Origin: Ranitomeya imitator
Lineage: Eukaryota
Reading direction: 5' to 3'
Assembly: GCF_032444005.1 (NCBI RefSeq)
Contig: NC_091289.1
Coordinates: forward strand, 6,138,001-6,202,000
DNA length: 64,000 bases
How positions within the stretch are numbered: the stretch's first letter is position 1; every line of letters starts with the position of its first letter. Shown piece by piece: positions 57,726 to 64,000 of this stretch. A program made the translations under genes and the position numbers. The notes under the pieces are model-generated. The model ran no database searches. It had not been told where the DNA came from and saw nothing but the letters and a program-made list of their open reading frames with translations.

Positions 57726-58646
57726 TCAGTCCACATGTACAGCTCTCCATAGCGCCGCCTTTAGGTCTCTGCTCCGTAGGCTGTAGATTAGGGGGTTCAC
57801 TAAGGGGGTGATTAGTGTATATATCACAGTGACCACTTGGTTCAATGTAAGAAGATTACTCGTGTTAGGGACAAAGTAGATGAAAGTTACTGATGCATAA
57901 AAAATAAAAACCACAGTCAGATGAGACGTACAGGTGGAGAAAGCTTTACGTTTTCCTTCACTGGTGCGAATCATAATCACTGTCCTAAATATTCTAACAT
58001 AGGAGTAAAATGTTGTACCAAAAGCTATGACGCCAAGAAAAGAGCCTACAACTATTAGGACTAGGACATTGATGGAAATATCAGTACAAGAGATCTGGAG
58101 CAAATTGGGCAGATCACAAATGAAATTCTGGATGAAGTTGGGACCACAGAACGTCAACCTTATTAAGCATAAAGTATAGAGCATCGGGGCAAGGAAACTA
58201 GATGACCAACTCAAAGATACTATCTGAGTGCACTTACTCCAGGACATGACCTGGGAGTAATGGAGGGGATGACAGATGGCAACATAACGGTCGTAAGACA
58301 TGGAGGACAACAAGAAAGCCTCAGAGCACCCAAAATAGATGACAAAGAACACTTGTGCTATACAGTCTGGGAGGGAGATGGACCAATGTTGGGTGGTGAG
58401 GCCAAAGAGCATCCTCGGAGCAGTCACCGATGAGTAGGACATGTCCAAGAATGCCAAGTTTCCAAGAAAGAAATACATGGGTGTGTGAAGATGAGGGTAA
58501 GTAGCTACTAGGAAGATGATGAGAAAATTGGTGAAGACGGTCATCAGGTAGATGAGGAGAAAGACGGTGAAGAGGACATGGATGCTGCTCTGATTATTGG
58601 ACAGACTCAGGAGAAGAACGCTGGTGATCAATGTTTGGTTCTTCAT
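57726..58646 (-). CDS. Olfactory receptor, class II (OR5), intact 306 aa
   Basis: All OR motifs are present. Very similar to OR4. Confidence 0.96.
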   Translation of the reverse strand: MKNQTLITSVLLLSLSNNQSSIHVLFTVFLLIYLMTVFTNFLIIFLVATYPHLHTPMYFFLGNLAFLDMSYSSVTAPRMLFGLTTQHWSISLPDCIAQVFFVIYFGCSEAFLLSSMSYDRYVAICHPLHYSQVMSWSKCTQIVSLSWSSSFLAPMLYTLCLIRLTFCGPNFIQNFICDLPNLLQISCTDISINVLVLIVVGSFLGVIAFGTTFYSYVRIFRTVIMIRTSEGKRKAFSTCTSHLTVVFIFYASVTFIYFVPNTSNLLTLNQVVTVIYTLITPLVNPLIYSLRSRDLKAALWRAVHVD

Positions 58647-58796
58647 CTCTATGCTGTGATTCTTACAAAATATTTTATTATCTTTGATGACAACAAAGAA
58701 ATATTAAGAGAATTTGATGGAATCTATGAACGCAATGGGTGAACATATCTGCTCAGATATACTATTGCTGATAGGAATTGCTAACGGCGTTCTTCA

Positions 58797-58870
58797 TTTT
58801 ATAACTCATCGGTTCTCCCAGGAGCTGAAGCCACAGAAGCCCAAACCTCAGCTCCACACATCCATAATTA
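58797..58870 (-). promoter_or_regulatory. Candidate OR5 promoter (HD, O/E, TATA)
   Basis: TAATTA at 58865-58870, TCCCAGGAG at 58816-58824, minus-strand TATAAAA at 58803-58797. Confidence 0.4.
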
Positions 58871-59058
58871 ATGTACGGGGTCTCAGGACACTCATTGTAC
58901 TTGTTTACTGTGCAGGATTTTGCAGTTTAATTTTAACCAATGATAATCCACAAGGCACATTTTTGTGGCAAATATCATTCGATATCGGGCTACTCTGTAT
59001 CTCTCAAGTGTATTCCAGTGTTTCTTAAATGTTTTACCGCTTAAAACAAGTTATCACC

Positions 59059-62000
59059 TGTAACGATTTCACCTCTCAGTGCTGAGCTGTCTGTGCAGTG
59101 ATTGACAGCTCAATTGTTCAGTTTGATGCAGAGGCGTGCTGTGATTGTCATATCAGTTGTCAAGTCTGGTGCAGGGGTGTGCTGAGCTCTCTGTGCAGTG
59201 ATCGATTGGCCAGTTCTTCAGTTTGTTGCAGGGGCATGCTGAGCTCTCTGTGCAGTGATTCATAGCTCAGTTGTTCAGTCTTGTGCAGGGTGTGCTGAGC
59301 TCTCTGTTCAGTGATTGATAGCTCAGTTGTCAAGTCTGGTGCAGGTGTTTGCTGAGATCTCTGTGCAGTGATTGACAGCTCATTTGTCCAGACTGGTGCA
59401 GGGGTGTGCTCAGCTCTCTGTTGAGTGATTGACAGCTCAGTTGTCCAGTCTGGTGCAGGAGTGTGCTGAGTTCTTTGTGCAGTGATTAAGAGATCAGTTG
59501 TCCAGTCTGTTGCACGGGAATGCTGAGCTGTCTGTGCAGTGATTGACAGCTTAGTTGTCCCGTTTGGTGCAGGGGCTTGCTGAGCTCTCTGTGCAGTGAT
59601 TGACAGCTTGTCAAGTCTGGTGCAGGGGCATGCTGAGCTCTCTGTGCAGTGATTGACAGCTCAGTTGGCCTGTCTGTGCAGTGATTGATAGCTCAGTTGT
59701 CAAGTGTGGATAAGGGGTGTGCTGAGCTCTCTGTTCAGTGATTGACAGCTCAGTTGTCCAGTCTGGTGCAGGGTCATGCTCAGCTCTCTGTTCAGTGATT
59801 GACAGCTCAGTTGTCCAGTCTGGTGCAGGAGTGTGCTGAGTTTTCTGTGCAGTGATTGATGGCTCAGTTGTGCAGTCTGGTGCAGGCGCATGCTGAACTG
59901 TCTGTGCAGTGATTGACAGCTTAGTTTTTCAAGTCTGGTGCAGGAATGTGCTGAGCTTTCTGTTCAGTGATTGACAGCTTAGTTGTCCCATTTGGTGCAG
60001 GGGTGTGCTGAGCTCTCTGTGCAATAATTGACAGCTCAGTTGTCCAATCTAGTGCAGGAGTGTGCTGAGCTGTCTGTGAAGTGATTGACAGCTTAGTTGT
60101 CCCATTTGGTGCAGGGGTGTGCTGAGCTCTCTGTGCAGTGATTGACAGCTCAGTTGTCCAATCTAGTGCAGGAGTGTGCTGAGCTTTCTGTGCAGTGATT
60201 GACAGCTTAGTTGTCCCATTTGGTGCAGGGGTGTGCTGAGCTCTCTGTGCAGTGATTGACAGCTCAGTTGTCCAATCTAGTGCAGGAGTGTGCTGAGCTG
60301 TCTGTGCAGTGATTGACAGCTCAGAGGTTCAGTCTGAAGCAAGGGTGTGCTGAGCTGTCTGTGCAGTGATTGATAGCTCAGTTGTCAAGTCTGGTGCATT
60401 GGTGTGCTGAGCTCTCTGTGCAGTGATTGACAGCTCAGTTGTCCAGTTTGGTGCAGGGGCATGCTCTGCTCTTTGTTCAGTGATTCACAGCTCAGTTGTC
60501 CAGTCTGGTGCAGGGGCACGCTCAGCTCTCTGTTCAATGATTGACAGATCAGTTGTCCTGTTGATGCAGGGGTGTGCTGATCTGTCTGTGTAGTGATTGA
60601 CAGCTCAGTTGCTTAGTCTGGTGCAGGGGTGTGCCGAGCTGTCTGTGCAGTGATTGACAGCACAGTGGAACAGTCTGTTGCAGGGGCGTGCTGAGCTCTC
60701 TGTGCAGTGATTGACAGCTCACTTGTCCAGTCTGGTGCAGGAGTGTGCTGAGTTCTCTGTGCAGTGATTGATGGCTCAGTTGTCCAGTCTGGTGCAGGGG
60801 CATACTGAACTGTCTGTGCAGTGATTGACAGCTTAGTTTTTCAGCTTGGTGCAGGAATCTGCTGAGCTTTCTGTGCAGTGATTGACAGCTTAGTTGTCCA
60901 GTCTGGTGCAGGGGCGTGCTGAGCTCTCTGTGCAGCATTTGACAGCTCAGTTGTCCAGTCTGGTCCATGGGCATGCTGAGCTGTCTGTGTTGTGATTGAC
61001 AGCTTAGTTTTTCAGTCTGGTGCAGTAATGTGCTGAGCTTTCTGTGCAGTGATTGATAGATTGGTTGTCCTTTTTGGTGCGGGGGCGTGCTGAGCTCTTT
61101 GTGCAGTGATTGACAGCGTAATTGTCAAATCGGGTGCAGGGGCATGCTGAGCTCTCTGTGCAGTGATTGACTGCTCAGTTGTCCAGTCTCTTGCAGGGGT
61201 GTGATGAGCTGTCTGTGCAGTGATTGACAGTTCTATTGTTTAGTCTGATGCATGGGTGTACTGAGCTGTCTGTGCAGTGATTGACAGCTCAGTTGCTTAG
61301 TCTGGTGCAGGGGTGTGCTGAGCTGTCTGTCGAGTGATTGACAGCTCAGTTGTTCAGTCTGGTGCAGGGGTGTGCTTAGCTGTCTGTGCAGTAATTGACA
61401 GCTCAGTTGTTTAGTCTGGTGCAGGGGTGTGCTGAGTTGTCTGTTCAGTGATTGATAGCTCAGTTGTCAAGTCTGGTGCAGGGGTGTGCTTAGCTGTCTG
61501 TGCAGTGATTGACAGCTCAGTTGTTCAGTCTGGTGCAGGGGTGTGCTGAGCTGTCTGTTCAGTGACTGAGAGCTCAGTTTTCAAGTCTGGTGCAGGGGTC
61601 TGCTGAGCTCTCTGTGCAGTGATTTACAGCTCAGTTGTCCAGTCTGGTGCAGGGGCATGCTCAGCTCTCTGTTCAGTGATTGACAGCTCAGTTGTCCAGT
61701 CTGGTGCAGGGGTGTGCTGAGGTGTCTGGAGCGCCCCCAGACACAGGGCCACAGGTTACTCGGTACCAGTCCTCTCTGTCTCAGTTCTGGGGTTGTCACG
61801 GTGACGGGACCCAGTCCGTGTCCCTGCTAAGGGGCATCCAATGAAAGGGTTGATGGTATTTTGTCAAGGGTTCATGACGCCACCTGTGGTATTTGGCCGG
61901 GGAGACCGACGCTGCTTGGGGTCCACTGGGGTGATGTGATGGCAGCTAGATGGAATATCTTCCCACAGGTGAAGTATGTCCCCAGGGCTTCCCGATAATG

Positions 62001-63110
62001 TAGATGGCGATGGTGTGAGGTGCAGTCAATAACGAGGACACAGGGTTGCAGTCTCTTTACCTCTTTACTGAAGGCTTCAGGATCCTCAATCCAGAGCACT
62101 GCAAACAGGGCTGTCTGAGACCGGCCGGTCCGAAGGCACATCCAGAGTTCACTTTGCAGGTGGAAATCAGTGCCTACCACTAGCGTCTGTGTGTTGTAGT
62201 GCTTCCCTGCTGAGCATTCGGGGTAGTCCTCACAACTTCTTCTGTTCTCGTTCTTTCTAGTTCTTTCTCGTTCTTTCTATTCTTCGTCCCCCAGGTTTGT
62301 TATGGCTAGGACGCACCCGTTTGACGGGTAGGCTCGGAGCTATTCTGGGACCCTAGAGACGCCCCTCTCCACGGTTGCCCCCTATGTCTGCTTAGGTGAT
62401 GTAAGGTAAACAGCCAACCTATAATTAACTGTCCTGCTGTATTTGAAGTAAGGCATAGAGTCAGTTACTTCCTCGGTGTTCTGGTCACCGGCTAAACGCC
62501 TCAGTAGGATGTTGCCGTTCTTGGGCACGACTCCTACTGGCTCTCCTTTGTGCTTTGATCTCGTTTCTCACTGTCCACAATATCCTTCGCTTCTTGTCCT
62601 TTCTTTAGATGCCGCCGCAAGGTAGTGCAATGCGCGGCTCTGTAACGATCTGTCCTTGTCGCTAGGTGCCTGCCAGGTTCCCACACCTGACAGGGACCCC
62701 CCTGAATCTTCCCCGCAACACCCCCTGCCACGGGATGTTGCCTGGACAAAACCCAGTCAGCTTCTCTCTAACTTCCTATCCAACCCCTAGTTTTACCAGT
62801 GTGAGGAGTGGCCTAATAAATAATACCTTTTGCTCCCCCTAGTGGCCGGAGTGTGAAGTGTAATGTGTGCTGGTGATACCTGGTCAGATGAACTCCTTTA
62901 GTGCCATCAGACGTACCATCACTCCCCTTAGCGCCAGAGCGACATTACTGCAACGATCAGGTCTCTGGGGCGCTGCCTGTCTGTGCAGTGATTGACAGCT
63001 CAGTTGTTCAGTCTGGTGCAGAGGTGTGCTGAGCTGTCTGTGCAGTGATTGTCAGCTCAGTTGCTCAGTCTGGTGCAGGGGTGTGCTGAGCTGTCCGTGC
63101 AGTGATTGAC
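59059..63110 (+). repeat. Family B LTR start with a 57-bp array (about 2.8 kb net, about 49 units), interrupted by a solo LTR
   Basis: Starts tcacc|TGTAACGAT. Same unit as the other arrays. The LTR 3' part is missing. Confidence 0.95.
61727..62977 (-). mobile_element. Solo LTR, family A, with 4-bp TSD TGTC, inserted in the satellite
   Basis: TGGAGCGCCCC...GGGGCGCTGCC (terminal CA reads CC), with tgtc at 61723-61726 and 62978-62981. Confidence 0.9.
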
Positions 63111-63112
63111 TA

Positions 63113-63585
63113 GTGAGCCTAGTTTTGCATGTGGCGAGTTTTGAGCGGCGACTTTTGTGTTTCGACTTTTATGTGGCAATGGTTGGTGTATGTGTGGTGA
63201 AATGTGTGCTGAGGGTGGTATATGTGTTCAAGCACGTGGTAGTGTGTGGCGCATTTTGTGTGTGTCTTCATATCCCCGTGTGTGGTGAGTATCCCATGTT
63301 GGGGCCCCACCTTAGCAACTGTACGGTATATACTCTTTGGCGCCATCGCTCTCATTCTTTAAGTCCCCCTTGTTCACATCTGGCAGCTGTCAATTTGCCT
63401 CCAACACTTTTCCTTTCACTTTTTCCCGAATATGTAGATAGGGGCAAAATTGTTTGGTGAATTGGAATGTGCGGGGTTAAAATTTCACCTCACAACATAG
63501 CCTATGATGCTCTCGGGGTCCAGACGTGTGACTGTGCAAAATTTTGTGGCTGTAGCTGCGACGGTGCAGATGCCAATCCCGGATA
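63113..63585 (+). mobile_element. Fragment of an abundant anuran non-autonomous repeat (possibly Helitron/Helentron-like)
   Basis: The sequence ...gtgcaaaattttgtggctgtagctgcgacggtgcagatgccaatcccgga is recalled from frog repeats. The superfamily is not verifiable here. Confidence 0.35.
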
Positions 63586-63587
63586 TA

Positions 63588-64000
63588 TGTAAGGAGGTTG
63601 CTTTCCCTGCTCCTTGCCTGGAACCACTTAGTCAGACAGCTGGGTTCTTGGGGGGAAGACTTTCTGCCCTGGACAGAGGGGACCAGGGGACTGCTGGGAA
63701 GAGAGAGGGGTGTGGTCAGAAAAAGTGCGGGAGAGCAGAGAGAGGGCAGCGCGCCAAAGAGAGGGCAGGCTGCAGCGCCGTGCTCCCCTAAAGGTAGTGC
63801 TCCCCGTGAGGGCACTGAGACTGAGATACCCACCTTAGTGAAGGCTGGATGTGAGGGTGTAGACTCGGAAGCCACTTCACCTGACAGCGCAGAGACAGTG
63901 ACTCGAGCACAGCCCTGGTGGCCGCAGTGACAAGCAAAGATCCCTGAGTGTGATAAGTAACTGCCCAGTGTGTGTGTGACATTGTTACTACAGAGAAGCT
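63588..64000. mobile_element. Probable start of another LTR, running off the window
   Basis: Abrupt TGTAAGG start after a tata flank, with LTR-like composition. The other end is not visible. Confidence 0.3.

Larger units (their letters stand above)
55208..59500 (+). repeat. Segmental tandem duplicate of 40861 to about 45100 (second OR unit)
   Basis: Constant offset of 14347 bp, rising to 14410 bp after a 63-bp insertion. The breakpoint actttc|ttaggtggagctcc lies inside the satellite. The right boundary is approximate. Confidence 0.93.

Noticed and set aside
44649-63110. Many ORFs of (LHQTGQLSCQSLHRELSTP)n type, resembling a repeat or zinc-finger-like protein
   Set aside because: They are one stop-poor frame of a 57-bp non-coding repeat inside an LTR. 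They are broken by frequent 56-bp units and have no unique N- or C-terminal domain.

Overview
Vertebrate genomic DNA, almost certainly anuran (frog), judged from the repeat families. It holds a cluster of five intact, single-exon class II olfactory receptor (OR) genes, all on the minus strand, in a dense matrix of transposable elements. OR1 (2264-3196) is divergent. OR2-OR5 (19600-20577, 32638-33558, 43316-44236, 57726-58646) are recent tandem paralogs. Each duplicated unit carries a dead LTR element 3' of the OR, a candidate homeodomain + O/E + TATA promoter, and a solo LTR about 415 bp upstream of the ATG. That LTR's U3 contains a 57-bp tandem repeat with the Pbx-Meis/Prep decamer TGATTGACAG. 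The repeat is about 0.6, 1.0, 10.5 and 2.8 kb long in the four paralogs, so in one copy it has become a satellite with higher-order repeats. Other content: many solo LTRs with verifiable TSDs; a chromodomain Gypsy element gutted by a 5'-inverted Penelope-like element (PLE); two further PLE remnants; three hammerhead ribozyme motifs, two sharing a non-canonical CCGUNGA core with compensatory stem changes; an internally deleted Tc1 nested in a CR1 LINE; a tRNA-derived SINE; an AT-rich ERV-like remnant with a decayed gag and no pol; and several mini- and microsatellites. No tRNA, rRNA or CRISPR features. All calls were read by eye with no database searches. Family names and species assignment are from memory, and boundaries without a TSD are approximate.
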